A stretch of 64,000 nucleotides of DNA from Burkholderiales bacterium (GCA_036262035.1 DATAJS010000010.1:724915-788914); one strand, 5' to 3'; counted from the first letter of the stretch, positions 21,428 through 30,846 are shown. The notes: generated from the sequence alone by a model not told the origin. Program-made: numbers and translations.

Positions 21428-22384
21428 TCACTGGGCCTGGAGGTGGAGCTTCGCGACCAGCTTCGCGATGCCGTCGACTTCCGACTTCACGAACGCGGCG
21501 AACGCCTCCGGCTGGCTGCCGACGACGTTTGAGCTCATCTCGGCCATCCGCTTGGTCACCTCGGGCGAGTGCAGCGCGGCCAGCACTGCCTTGTGGATCG
21601 CCGCGACCGTCTCCTTCGGCGTCTTCGCGGGCACGAGGAGGCCGTTCCAGAGGTTGAACTCGTAGTCGGGATAGCCCGATTCGGCAATCGTGGGAAGCTC
21701 GGCGACGAGATTCACGCGCTGCTTAGACGTGACGGCCAGACCCCGTAAACGCCCGCTCTTCATCTGGGGGAGGGCCACGGGCAATGGCGAGAAGTACACG
21801 ATCGTCTCGCCCGACACGATCGAGGTCAGCGACTCGCCGCCGCCTTTGTAAGGCACGTGGCGCAGGTTTACGCCCGCCTGCGCCTTGAAGATCTCCGCGG
21901 CGAGGAAAGTCACCGTGCCCAGGCCGGCGGAGGCGTAGTCGAGCGCGCCGGGTTTCGCCTTGGCGAGCTTCACGAGATCGGCGAGCGACTTCGCCGGCAG
22001 CGACGGATGCACCACGACGACGTGCGGCGACGAATCGACCTGCGTCACCGCGGTGAAATCGCGCAGCAGGTCGTAGGTGAGGTTCTTGTAGAGGCTCACG
22101 TTCGCCGCCTGGGCGTTGTTGATCATCAGCCATGTGTAGCCGTCGGGCGGCGACTTCGCGACGTTGTCGGTCCCGATGTTGCCGCTCGCGCCCGGGCGAT
22201 TGTCGGGCAGGACGCGCTGGTTGAGCACCGCCGACACGCCGTTGGCGACGACGCGAGTCACCGCGTCCGCGCTGCCGCCGGGCGAAGAGGGGATCACCCA
22301 GCGGATGGGTTTGGTGGGGAAAGATTGCGCTGCTGCGAGTGAGCAGCAGAGAAGCAAGCTGACGAGGACTGCATGGAACTTCAC
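21428..22384 (-). CDS. TctC/Bug-family periplasmic solute-binding protein
   Basis: GTG start (VKFHAVLVSLLLCCSLAAAQSFPTKPIRWVIP), PPDGYTWL. Confidence 0.8.
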   Translation of the reverse strand: MKFHAVLVSLLLCCSLAAAQSFPTKPIRWVIPSSPGGSADAVTRVVANGVSAVLNQRVLPDNRPGASGNIGTDNVAKSPPDGYTWLMINNAQAANVSLYKNLTYDLLRDFTAVTQVDSSPHVVVVHPSLPAKSLADLVKLAKAKPGALDYASAGLGTVTFLAAEIFKAQAGVNLRHVPYKGGGESLTSIVSGETIVYFSPLPVALPQMKSGRLRGLAVTSKQRVNLVAELPTIAESGYPDYEFNLWNGLLVPAKTPKETVAAIHKAVLAALHSPEVTKRMAEMSSNVVGSQPEAFAAFVKSEVDGIAKLVAKLHLQAQ

Positions 22385-22481
22385 GGCGTTGCTCCCCGGG
22401 TAAAGGAAGGGAGGTCTGCAAGGAGGCAAACCTTGGTTTCCCTCCTTGGCGTTCACCGGCGGGAACCGCCAGGTAGCAGCG

Positions 22482-23642
22482 CTACCTGGCGGAATGTGAG
22501 GCAATCGCCACCGACGCCGGCTTCGCCGACCGATTGCTCCACGCGTGATTGTTCCCGCGGATGATCACGAAGTCGCCCTGCTTGACCGTCATCTCCTGCG
22601 TGTCGAGCACGAGCGTGAGCTCGCCTTCGGTGACGATGCAGAGATCGAGCGTCTTCATCTTCTGCATGTAAGGGTGCTTCGCGTTCGCGGAATACGTCGA
22701 CGCGTGCGGTGCGTTCATCGCCGCGTAGTACGCGCGCACTTCCTTCTCGCCGACCTTGGCTGTCCAGCTTTCGTCCGGAGGGAAGGTGAAGACGTTGAGC
22801 ACCGAGCCGCGAGGCGGCGGCTCGAGCGTGTGCGGCAGGTGCAGCGTCTCGAACACGATCTTCGCCGGCATGCTGTCGGTCACCCACATGCGCTGCATGG
22901 CGAAGCCGGGGCGCGCGGGATCGGTGCGCACGTCGGGCGAGGGGCCGTCGCCGACGAGGGTCGACTTGCCGGCGACCTTGTCGGTCGCGACCACGCGGCG
23001 GGCGGGCTTCACGCCTTCGGGCAGCTTGTGGCCTTCGGGCGCTTTCATCGGCTTGTCGTTGCCCTGGGCGGTGCCGGCGGGGCCGTCGACGAACTCGGCG
23101 TCGAACATGTCGAACGCCATCATGCAGCCCATCTTCGAGCTGTCCCACAGGTGCCATGCGCCGACATCGATGACGACGTCGCCGGGCTTGAGCGTGAGCG
23201 TCGCGTCGTCGAGCTCCATCTGGCGCTCGCCCGCGATCATGATCCCGTAGTCGACCGACTTGGTCTTGTGCATGTACGAGCGGTTGTAGTGGTTGCCGCC
23301 GCCGCGGTCCCACGTGCGGCCGTGCTGCACCGGGTCCTGATACGGCGCGGGCGGCGGCGAATCGGCGGTCTTGGCGAGCCAGTGCACGACGCGCAGATGC
23401 CCGCCGCCTTCGGGACACGGGAACTCGTCGTTCCAGGTGCCGGCGTCTTCCTTGCCGTCGAGCACCGGCGGCGTCTCGCGCCATACCCAGAAATCGGTGT
23501 GGCCGCGGCCTTCGGCTTTCACGCCGGACACGCCGGGAAGCTGCGCTTCGTGCTGGCCGGGCGACGGGCCGTCCCAGACGACCTTCGATTTGCCGTTCTC
23601 GTCGTCGCCGGTGACGACGCGGCGGATGGGAGTCAATGCCAT
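22482..23642 (-). CDS. bicupin (two cupin-domain) protein
   Basis: Internal ATG with AAGGAGGA RBS. Two repeated halves each with a ~10-residue beta motif (LTLKPGDVVIDVGAWH, MTVKQGDFVIIRGNNHAW). Confidence 0.6.
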   Translation of the reverse strand: MALTPIRRVVTGDDENGKSKVVWDGPSPGQHEAQLPGVSGVKAEGRGHTDFWVWRETPPVLDGKEDAGTWNDEFPCPEGGGHLRVVHWLAKTADSPPPAPYQDPVQHGRTWDRGGGNHYNRSYMHKTKSVDYGIMIAGERQMELDDATLTLKPGDVVIDVGAWHLWDSSKMGCMMAFDMFDAEFVDGPAGTAQGNDKPMKAPEGHKLPEGVKPARRVVATDKVAGKSTLVGDGPSPDVRTDPARPGFAMQRMWVTDSMPAKIVFETLHLPHTLEPPPRGSVLNVFTFPPDESWTAKVGEKEVRAYYAAMNAPHASTYSANAKHPYMQKMKTLDLCIVTEGELTLVLDTQEMTVKQGDFVIIRGNNHAWSNRSAKPASVAIASHSAR

Positions 23643-23670
23643 TCGTTGCTTCCTCCTTGGTTGCAAAATC

Positions 23671-23711
23671 GGGGTCAGGTCCACATTTCGCGGAAATGTG
23701 GACCTGACCCC
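23671..23711. terminator. perfect 19-bp-stem hairpin (ggggtcaggtccacatttc gcg gaaatgtggacctgacccc), REP-like/terminator downstream of the Bug gene
   Basis: Seen directly. Related to the gggtcag hairpin family. Confidence 0.65.
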
Positions 23712-23713
23712 AT

Positions 23714-24691
23714 TTATTGGGGCTTGAGCCCCGCGGCCTTCACCACCTTGCCCCATTTCGCGTATTCGGCCTTGCAATATGTGGCGAACGCTTCGGGCGA
23801 TTCGGGCGCGGCATCGAGGCCCTGCCTGAACATCTGCTCTTTGAGCTCGGGCGCGCTCAGCGCCGCGACGACGTCGCGGTTGAGCCGCGTGACGAGCGCC
23901 TTCGGCGTCTTCGCCGTCACGAACAGGCCGTTCCAGTTGTTGGCCTCGAATCCTTTCAGCCCGCTCTCGTCGAGCGTCGGCACGTCGGGCACGAGCGCCG
24001 AGCGCTTGAGCGTGGTCACCGCGAGCGGTTTGATTTTGCCGGCCTTGATCTGTGCGATCGAGCTCGCGCTGGTGGCGAAGATGAGCTGCACGTCGCCGCC
24101 GAGCAGCCCCACCATCGCCGGGCCGCCGCCCTTGTAGGCCACGTGCGCGAGCGAGGTGCCGGCCTGCATGTTGAAGAGCGCGATCGCGAGATGGCCCGCG
24201 CCGCCGATGCCCGACGAGCCTGCGTTCAACGGTTTGCTGCGGGCGAGCGCGATGAGCTCCTTGACCGAGTTTGCGGGGACCGACGGATTCACGACGAGGA
24301 TGTTCGTCTGGTCCGCGATGCGCGTGACCGGCGCGAGGTCGCGCAGCGTATCGAAAGGCATCTTCGCCACCAGGTGCGGATTGACGACGAGCGCGATCGT
24401 GCCCAGCAGCAGCGTGTATCCGTCGGGCGGCGCGTTGACGGTGATGTCAGCCGCGATCGTACCGGAAGCGCCGGGGCGGTTGTCGACCACGACCTGCTGG
24501 CCCCACTTCGCCGCGAGTACGTTGCCGAGCCCGCGCGCCGCGGTGTCCGATCCGCCGCCCGGAGCGAAGCCGACGACGAACCGCACCGGTTTCGTCGGAT
24601 AGTCGGCCGCGGTGCCGCCGGCCGCGGCCAGCGGTAGCGCCGCGGCCGCGATGAGCCCTGCTCGAAAGAATCGCATGAAGGGGCGTGCCAT
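23714..24691 (-). CDS. TctC/Bug-family periplasmic solute-binding protein
   Basis: AGGAG RBS. MARPFMRFFRAGLIAAAALPLAAAGGTAADYPTKPVRFVVGFAPGGGSD...PPDGYTLLL. Confidence 0.85.
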   Translation of the reverse strand: MARPFMRFFRAGLIAAAALPLAAAGGTAADYPTKPVRFVVGFAPGGGSDTAARGLGNVLAAKWGQQVVVDNRPGASGTIAADITVNAPPDGYTLLLGTIALVVNPHLVAKMPFDTLRDLAPVTRIADQTNILVVNPSVPANSVKELIALARSKPLNAGSSGIGGAGHLAIALFNMQAGTSLAHVAYKGGGPAMVGLLGGDVQLIFATSASSIAQIKAGKIKPLAVTTLKRSALVPDVPTLDESGLKGFEANNWNGLFVTAKTPKALVTRLNRDVVAALSAPELKEQMFRQGLDAAPESPEAFATYCKAEYAKWGKVVKAAGLKPQ

Positions 24692-24717
24692 GTGCGTCTC
24701 CTCGTTATTGTGAAAAT

Positions 24718-24762
24718 CCGGGTCAGAGTCAGATTACAGGAATGAAATGTGACTCTGACCCG
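24718..24762. repeat. REP-like hairpin, same element as 12530 in opposite orientation
   Basis: ccgggtcagagtcagattacaggaatgaaatgtgactctgacccgg. Confidence 0.75.
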
Positions 24763-24764
24763 GA

Positions 24765-25319
24765 TTATTTTTTGAGCGGAAGCGTGGCGCCTTCCGGCAG
24801 CGGCATCTCGTGGGAAAGGAGTTGCATCGCCACCATGCCGTAATAGCCGCTCAACGCGGTGAGCTCGACGATCGCCGACACGCCGAAGAGCTTCTTGGCG
24901 CGCTCGTGCGTCGCGTCGCTGATCCTGTGGTGGCGGTGAAGCTCCACGAGATAGTCGTAGATCGCTTCTTCGTCTTCCTGCTCGAACTTGGGTCGTTCGT
25001 TCTTCTCGAGCGACGTGACCACCGATTGCGGCAGCCCGTTCTTCACGCCGTTCGGCGCGTGCGACAGGAACACGTAATCGCAGTCCCACATGCGCGCGGT
25101 GACGATGATCGCGAGCTCCGAGAGCCGCAGCGGAAACGAGCTGCGCAGGCGCAAGAGCTCGCCGAACGGATGCATGTACTCGGTGACTTCCGGATTGTGG
25201 AGCGTGAAGCGGTACGGGCCCGGGATGCGGCCGCCGCGGCGGCCCAGCAGGCCTTCGAGCACTCGCTTCTGCTCGACGTTGAGATCGCTCTCGGGCGTGA
25301 TGATCGGTATGCGCGGCAT
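24765..25319 (-). CDS. carboxymuconolactone decarboxylase (CMD/AhpD-like) family protein
   Basis: Internal ATG with AGGGGAG RBS. LAIIVTARMWDCDYVFLSHA resembles the CMD CxxC-H helix motif. Confidence 0.6.
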   Translation of the reverse strand: MPRIPIITPESDLNVEQKRVLEGLLGRRGGRIPGPYRFTLHNPEVTEYMHPFGELLRLRSSFPLRLSELAIIVTARMWDCDYVFLSHAPNGVKNGLPQSVVTSLEKNERPKFEQEDEEAIYDYLVELHRHHRISDATHERAKKLFGVSAIVELTALSGYYGMVAMQLLSHEMPLPEGATLPLKK

Positions 25320-25468
25320 GGCGCTGCTCCCCTTCTGATTGACGGTCGCCAAGTATAGGCGCGCGGTGGCACGCGTTCATGGTGGGGGTGAGTCCTATAC
25401 GTGGACTCGGCCTCCGCACGCAGCCCGAACTCGGCTTATGATTCAGCACTCATCAAGAGGGGAGTTAC

Positions 25469-27121
25469 ATGAAGGTTTATCAGCGTCTCGCGCAGGCATT
25501 CAAGGCGGAAGGCACCGAAGCCGTGTTCGGCATGATGGGCGACGCCAACATGTATTGGTATACCGAGCTCGCCAAGCTCGGCGTCGAGCTCGTCGAAGTG
25601 CGTCACGAAGGCGCGGGTCTCGGCATGGCCGACGGCTGGGCGCGCGCGACGCACAAGGTCGGCGTCGCGAGCACGACCTGCGGCCCGGGCACCACTCAGA
25701 TCGCCACCGCGCTCGTGACCGCGTCACGCGCGGAGTCGCCGCTCGTGGCGTTCTGCGGCGAGCATCCGGTCAGCGACGACGGCTACAACCAGCGCTTCGA
25801 CAACCGCGGCTTCGCGAACGCGTGCGAGACCGGTTTCGTGCGCCTGAACTCGCCCGAGAGCGTCGACGACGTGGTGCGCAAGGCGTTCTATCTCGCGCAG
25901 CTCGAGTCCAAGCCGGTGATGCTGTCGTGCCCGATGGACATCCAGCAGAAGAACATCGACGAGGACGAGGAGTACCAGCCCTCGTCGACGCTGCTGCCCA
26001 AGCGCGCCTCGGGTCCGGATGCGGACTCGGTGAAGCGCGCGGTCGATCTCATCTCCAAGGCCAAGCGTCCGGTGATCGTCGCCGGCCGCGGCGCGCGCTG
26101 GTCGGGCGCGGGCGAAGCGATCCTCAAGCTCGCCGACAGGAGCGGCGCGCTGATCGCGACCTCGCTGATGGCGAAGACGTGGCTCGCGGGCCAGGATCCG
26201 TTCCACATCGGCGTGTCCGGCCTCTACGCGACCAAGACCGCGATCAACCTGCTGCACGACGCGGACGTGGTGATCGGCGTCGGCGCGAGCCTGAACCGCT
26301 ACACGACCGAGCACGGCTACCTCTATCCGAACGCGAAGTTCGTGCACATCGACACCAAGACCCACGTGCTGATGGGCAACTCGCGCTCCTCCGACGTCTA
26401 CATGCAGAGCGACGCCAAGCTCGGCGTCGAAGCGCTGCTGGCGGCGCTCGAGCAGCAGGGCTTCAAACAGACCGGCTATCGCACCCCTGACGTGAAAAAG
26501 CAGCTCGTCGGGCACTTCCAGGACAAGAAGGAATACCCGATCGAGGACGACAAGGTCGACCCGCGCGACGTCATCACGACGCTCGACGAAGTCATCCCGA
26601 ACAACATCAGCCTGCTCACCGGCAGCGGCGCTTCCGCCGGCTTCTCGAACATCCTGTTCAACAAGGAGCGCCCGATCGTCATGGCGAGCCACTTCTTCGG
26701 CTGTATCGGCCAGATGATGCCGGCGGCGATGGGGGCGGTGCTGGCGACCGGCAACCGGCCGCACGTGCTGGTGGACGGCGACGCGTCGGTGATGATGCAC
26801 CTTGCCGAGTTCGACACGATGATGCGCTACAAGATGCCGCTGCTCATCGTGGTCCTCAACAACGAGTCGCTCGGCGCCGAGTACTACAAGCTCGACGCGC
26901 ACGGCATGGACAAGCAGCTCTCGTGCATCACGACGCCGGACCTTGGCGCGGTCGCCCGCGGCTTCGGCGGCAAGGGCGTGCTCGCCACTTCGTCCGAGCA
27001 GGTGCAGAAAGCGGCGCAGGAGTGGGTGGCGAACCCGTGTCCGATGATCATCGACGCGCGCATCGAGCGCGCGGTGGTGACGCTGCCGTATCGGCGGATT
27101 CATTACGGTTCCGACGAATAA
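25469..27121 (+). CDS. thiamine-pyrophosphate-dependent enzyme (acetolactate synthase large subunit / benzoylformate decarboxylase family)
   Basis: 550 aa. GDANMYWYTE N-terminal Pyr domain, GDASVMM TPP-binding motif near the C-terminus. GAGGGGAG RBS. Confidence 0.85.
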   Translation: MKVYQRLAQAFKAEGTEAVFGMMGDANMYWYTELAKLGVELVEVRHEGAGLGMADGWARATHKVGVASTTCGPGTTQIATALVTASRAESPLVAFCGEHPVSDDGYNQRFDNRGFANACETGFVRLNSPESVDDVVRKAFYLAQLESKPVMLSCPMDIQQKNIDEDEEYQPSSTLLPKRASGPDADSVKRAVDLISKAKRPVIVAGRGARWSGAGEAILKLADRSGALIATSLMAKTWLAGQDPFHIGVSGLYATKTAINLLHDADVVIGVGASLNRYTTEHGYLYPNAKFVHIDTKTHVLMGNSRSSDVYMQSDAKLGVEALLAALEQQGFKQTGYRTPDVKKQLVGHFQDKKEYPIEDDKVDPRDVITTLDEVIPNNISLLTGSGASAGFSNILFNKERPIVMASHFFGCIGQMMPAAMGAVLATGNRPHVLVDGDASVMMHLAEFDTMMRYKMPLLIVVLNNESLGAEYYKLDAHGMDKQLSCITTPDLGAVARGFGGKGVLATSSEQVQKAAQEWVANPCPMIIDARIERAVVTLPYRRIHYGSDE

Positions 27122-27145
27122 AGCAAGGACGCAGAGGTCTTTCGC

Positions 27146-27238
27146 CGTCATTCCCGCGAAAGCGGGAATCCATTTTGAACTGCATCAAGGTCAACATGGA
27201 TTCCCGATCGCTCCCGCTCGCGCGGGTCGGGAATGACG
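27146..27238. repeat. family-1 MITE-like palindromic element (complete copy)
   Basis: cgtcattcccgcgaaagcgggaatccattttgaactgcatcaaggtcaacatggattcccgatcgctcccgctcgcgcgggtcgggaatgacg. Confidence 0.85.
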
Positions 27239-27243
27239 GCTTT

Positions 27244-28248
27244 TCATAACGGCGCTCGAGCTATCGAGTAAGCCTCATCCGCGAGCTTCATCGCGCGATA
27301 ACAATCCTCGAGGGACACCGCCGGCGCTTCGCCGCGCTGCCAGCGCGCGAGCGCATCCTTCACGGCGAGCGCCGGCAGCGGCTCGGGCGTTTCCGCGGTC
27401 AACGTCTCTTCCCCGCGCGCCGTGATGCACGTGAGCTTGCCGTCGCGCAGCACGAGCATGGCGTCGCGTCCCGCGAGCTTCCATTCGGCGTCCGCGCCTT
27501 TGCCCGGAAACGTGTTGCCGACTTCGACGGTGCCCAGCACGCCGCCCGCCGAGCGCAGCAGCACGCTCGCGTAATCCTCCACCGCCTCGCCCAGCGCCCG
27601 CGAGCTCAGCTGCGCGCCGGTGACCGTCGCCGCTTCGCCCGTCAGATGAAGGAACAGGTCGAGCCCGTGCAAGCCGACGTTGCGCAGACTCCCGCCGCCC
27701 GCGATCGCCGGGTCGAGCATCCACGGCGCGCCCCACTGGACGTAACGCGCTGACGTCGGACGGTTCGACCCGAAATAGAAATGCGACAGCAGCCCGAACG
27801 CGCCTTCGGCCATCATTCGGTGCGCGTGGGTGGCGAACGGGTGCAGCCGCTGGAAGAGCGGCACGCCGGCGAAGGTCGGCCGCGACGCCGCCTTGGCAGC
27901 GAGCGAGCGCACTTCGGCCGCGTTCACGCCGGCCGGTTTTTCGACGAGGAAAGGCCGGCCTTCGTCGAGCAAGCCGTGCGCGATCGCGGCCATGTCGCAG
28001 TGACGGCCGAGCACGAGCGTGAAATCGGGGCGAACCTCGGCCAGCATGCGTCGCCAGTCGGTGAACACCGGCGGCGAGCCGAGCTTGCCCGCGCGTTCGG
28101 CGGCGAGCGTCCCGTCGGTGTCCTGAACCGCTGCGATCTCGACGCCCGCGGTGCGTGCCAGCGTGGCCAGATAAGCGGCGTCGTAGAGCGAGTGCCAGTG
28201 GCCGACGCCGACGGCGGCGATCCTGACGTTCACATTGCGAACCCGCAT
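27244..28248 (-). CDS. Gfo/Idh/MocA-family NAD(P)-dependent oxidoreductase
   Basis: Internal ATG (MRVRNVNVRIAAVGVGHWHS Rossmann N-terminus). Confidence 0.7.
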   Translation of the reverse strand: MRVRNVNVRIAAVGVGHWHSLYDAAYLATLARTAGVEIAAVQDTDGTLAAERAGKLGSPPVFTDWRRMLAEVRPDFTLVLGRHCDMAAIAHGLLDEGRPFLVEKPAGVNAAEVRSLAAKAASRPTFAGVPLFQRLHPFATHAHRMMAEGAFGLLSHFYFGSNRPTSARYVQWGAPWMLDPAIAGGGSLRNVGLHGLDLFLHLTGEAATVTGAQLSSRALGEAVEDYASVLLRSAGGVLGTVEVGNTFPGKGADAEWKLAGRDAMLVLRDGKLTCITARGEETLTAETPEPLPALAVKDALARWQRGEAPAVSLEDCYRAMKLADEAYSIARAPL

Positions 28249-28300
28249 GTCATGTTTTGGAGTGTAATAGCAGCTCCGCCAAAAGAAGAGAGGAGCCGCC

Positions 28301-29506
28301 ATGCGCACCGCACTCGCCGTCGCAGTCGTCGCTGCTTTCACCGGTTACGCCGTCGCCCAGGACAAGTCCGCGCCGCCGCCTTCGTGGCACCAGGGCAAGT
28401 CGGACAAGATGAAAGATTCGAAGCTCGCGCCGCATCCGGGCAAGATGACCGAGACGCCCGCGAGCGAGATTCCCGTCGGCAAGCTGAAGGTGCCGGCCGG
28501 TTTCAAGGTCGAGCTGTGGGCGAGCGGTCTCCCCGGCGGCCGCGCGATGGCCGTCTCCGAGGACGAGAAGAAGATCTGGGTCGGCACGCGCGGCATCGGC
28601 CGTGTGTACGAGATCACCAACGACGGCGGCAAGCGCAGCGTGCGCACGATCGCCTCCAAGCTCACCCAGCCCGCGGGTGTGGCGTACAAGGACGGCTCGC
28701 TGTACGTCTTCGCGATCGACAAGGTGCTCAAGTACGACGGGATCGCCAAGAACCCGGACGTCCAGCCGCAGGACCTCACCGCGAAGTTCGACCTGCCGCC
28801 CGAGCAGCACCACAACTGGAAGTATGTCGCGTTCGGTCCGGACAACAAGCTGTACGTGCCGTTCGGCGCGCCGTGCAACATCTGCGAGCCGAAACCCGAG
28901 TACGCGCAGATCCGTCGCTACAACGCCGACGGCTCGGGCAAGGAAGTGATCGCGACCGGCGTGCGCAACTCGGTCGGCTTCGACTGGCATCCGCAGACCA
29001 AGGAGCTGTGGTTCAGCGATCACGGCCGCGACTGGATGGGCGACGACAGCCCGTCCGACGAGCTCAACCGTCTGGCCAAGCCCGGCGCGAACTTCGGCTT
29101 CCCGTACTGTCACGCCAACGGCACGGTTGACGTCGACTTCAAGAAGGCCGACGCGTGCAAGGGCGTCACGATGCCGGTGCTGCTCACCGGGCCTCACGCC
29201 GCGACCATGGGCGTGAAGTTCTACACCGGTAAGATGTTCCCGGCGGAGTACCAGAACTCGATCTTCGTCGTGCGCAAGGGCTCGTGGAACCGCACCACGC
29301 CCAACGGCTTCGACGTCGTGAACGTGCGCGTGGGCGCCGACGGCAAGAATGCTTCGATGACGACCTTCATGAGCGGCTTCAACGAGAGCGCCGACACCTA
29401 CAAGTTCTGGGGACGTCCGGCGTACATCCACCAGATGCGCGACGGCTCGCTCCTCGTCAGCGACGAGCAGGTCGGCGCGATCTATCGGATCAGCTATCAG
29501 AAGTGA
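28301..29506 (+). CDS. PQQ-dependent soluble sugar (aldose/sorbosone) dehydrogenase, periplasmic
   Basis: Signal peptide. Beta-propeller sGDH family motifs (GRDWMGDD, PGANFGFPYCH). Confidence 0.8.
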   Translation: MRTALAVAVVAAFTGYAVAQDKSAPPPSWHQGKSDKMKDSKLAPHPGKMTETPASEIPVGKLKVPAGFKVELWASGLPGGRAMAVSEDEKKIWVGTRGIGRVYEITNDGGKRSVRTIASKLTQPAGVAYKDGSLYVFAIDKVLKYDGIAKNPDVQPQDLTAKFDLPPEQHHNWKYVAFGPDNKLYVPFGAPCNICEPKPEYAQIRRYNADGSGKEVIATGVRNSVGFDWHPQTKELWFSDHGRDWMGDDSPSDELNRLAKPGANFGFPYCHANGTVDVDFKKADACKGVTMPVLLTGPHAATMGVKFYTGKMFPAEYQNSIFVVRKGSWNRTTPNGFDVVNVRVGADGKNASMTTFMSGFNESADTYKFWGRPAYIHQMRDGSLLVSDEQVGAIYRISYQK

Positions 29507-29559
29507 AAGATAGGAGAGAGGAGAGGAGAAAAGAGATAGGAGATAGAAGAAGGTCGCGG

Positions 29560-30132
29560 CTGCCTGCGGCACGGCGCGTTCTCCTTTCTCTCGCTTCTCT
29601 CCTCTCTCTGTTCATTCCCATTTGCCTTCCCGCCCATGCACAGGACGTGTGCGAGGTGTGCCACGGCGCGGGCGGCAACTCGATCACGCCGCGCATCCCT
29701 TCGCTCGCGGGCCAGCCGAAGCTCTTCATCGAGACGCAACTCGTGCTCATGCGCGAGGAGCTGCGCCCGGCGCCGGTGATGCAGCCGATCGTGCAGAAGA
29801 TGAAGGACGCGGACATCACGCGCTTCGCCGATCACTACGCCAAGCTGCCGGCGAAATCGACCGAGAAGGGCCCGGCCGATCCCAAGCTCACCGCAAGGGG
29901 CAAGGAGCGCGCGGCGGCCCTGCGCTGCGGCGTGTGCCACGTCTCGGACTTCAAGGGCCAGAACCAGGTGCCGCGGCTCGCCGCGCAGCGTTCCGATTAC
30001 CTTGCCGCGGAGATGCGCGCGTACCGCGACAACAAGCGCAAGGGCGGGGACACCATCATGGCCGCTGCGCTCTACGGCGTGCCGGATGCGGACATCGACG
30101 CGCTGGCGCATTTCCTGTCGCGGCTGCCGTAA
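29560..30132 (+). CDS. dihaem cytochrome c (c4-like), start codon uncertain (no in-frame ATG/GTG/TTG; candidate CTG)
   Basis: Two CxxCH sites (CEVCHG, CGVCHV) after the signal peptide RRVLLSLASLLSLFIPICLPAHA. Lies directly downstream of the PQQ dehydrogenase. Confidence 0.65.
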   Translation: MPAARRVLLSLASLLSLFIPICLPAHAQDVCEVCHGAGGNSITPRIPSLAGQPKLFIETQLVLMREELRPAPVMQPIVQKMKDADITRFADHYAKLPAKSTEKGPADPKLTARGKERAAALRCGVCHVSDFKGQNQVPRLAAQRSDYLAAEMRAYRDNKRKGGDTIMAAALYGVPDADIDALAHFLSRLP

Positions 30133-30135
30133 ACG

Positions 30136-30246
30136 TCAAAATGGATTCCCGCCTTCGCGGGAATGACGATTGGGCAGTCTTCGCGGGAATGACGAAGCGA
30201 CGTCATTCCCGAACGGCGATAGCCGGGCTATCGGGAATCCATTTTT
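30136..30246. repeat. family-1 element, compound copy with duplicated arms
   Basis: tcaaaatggattcccgccttcgcgggaatgacgattgggcagtcttcgcgggaatgacgaagcgacgtcattcccgaacggcgatagccgggctatcgggaatccatttt. Confidence 0.8.
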
Positions 30247-30394
30247 CCAGCCTCGACCGATCTTCAAACCTGCACCTGAGCTCGTTCCTCCTCGAGTGTC
30301 TTGACCGACTTCGAACAGCACCCATAATGACACGCCCGCAAGCAGCATAAGACTTCGAGGAGGAACCACGGTCTCGAGATCAGAGTTCGCAATC

Positions 30395-30630
30395 GTGGTA
30401 GCTGCAAGTCTGTCGTGTGCTGTCTTCGCCGTCGCGGCGGACAAAGCCCGGCCCTATCCCTACAAGCCGATACGTCTCATCGTTCCGTTCTCGCCCGGCG
30501 GCACGAACGACATCCTGGCGCGCATGGTCGCGACGCATCTGTCGCAGTCGCTCGGCGAGACCGTGATCGTCGCAACCGCACCGGCGCCGAAGGCATCATC
30601 GGCACCGACGCCGGCATCCCGCGCCAGAAA
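30395..30630 (+). pseudogene. TctC/Bug-family gene fragment (N-terminal ~65 aa, frameshifted and truncated)
   Basis: [39 protein letters not shown], then frame is lost where VENRTGA is expected (gtcgcaaccgcaccggcgcc). No remaining body of the gene. Confidence 0.6.
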
Positions 30631-30810
30631 TAATTCGGGATCGTGTCAACGCCGGCCGCCGCGCGAGCGTTAGGCGTCTCCTTATGCTGAATCACCACTA
30701 CATCGATAACCCAGAGTCCGGGCTGAAACCCCAGGCGTACGCGCGGCCGTGCCGCGACCGGGTGCGGGAGACACGCGGGATGCCTTGAGCATCTTCCACG
30801 TCCTTCCAGA

Positions 30811-30846
30811 GCCCGGGTGCGCCGCAAGGTCCCCGGGCTTTTTTGT
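30811..30846 (+). terminator. rho-independent terminator-like hairpin plus T-run
   Basis: gcccgggtgcgccgcaaggtccccgggc followed by tttttt. Confidence 0.5.
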
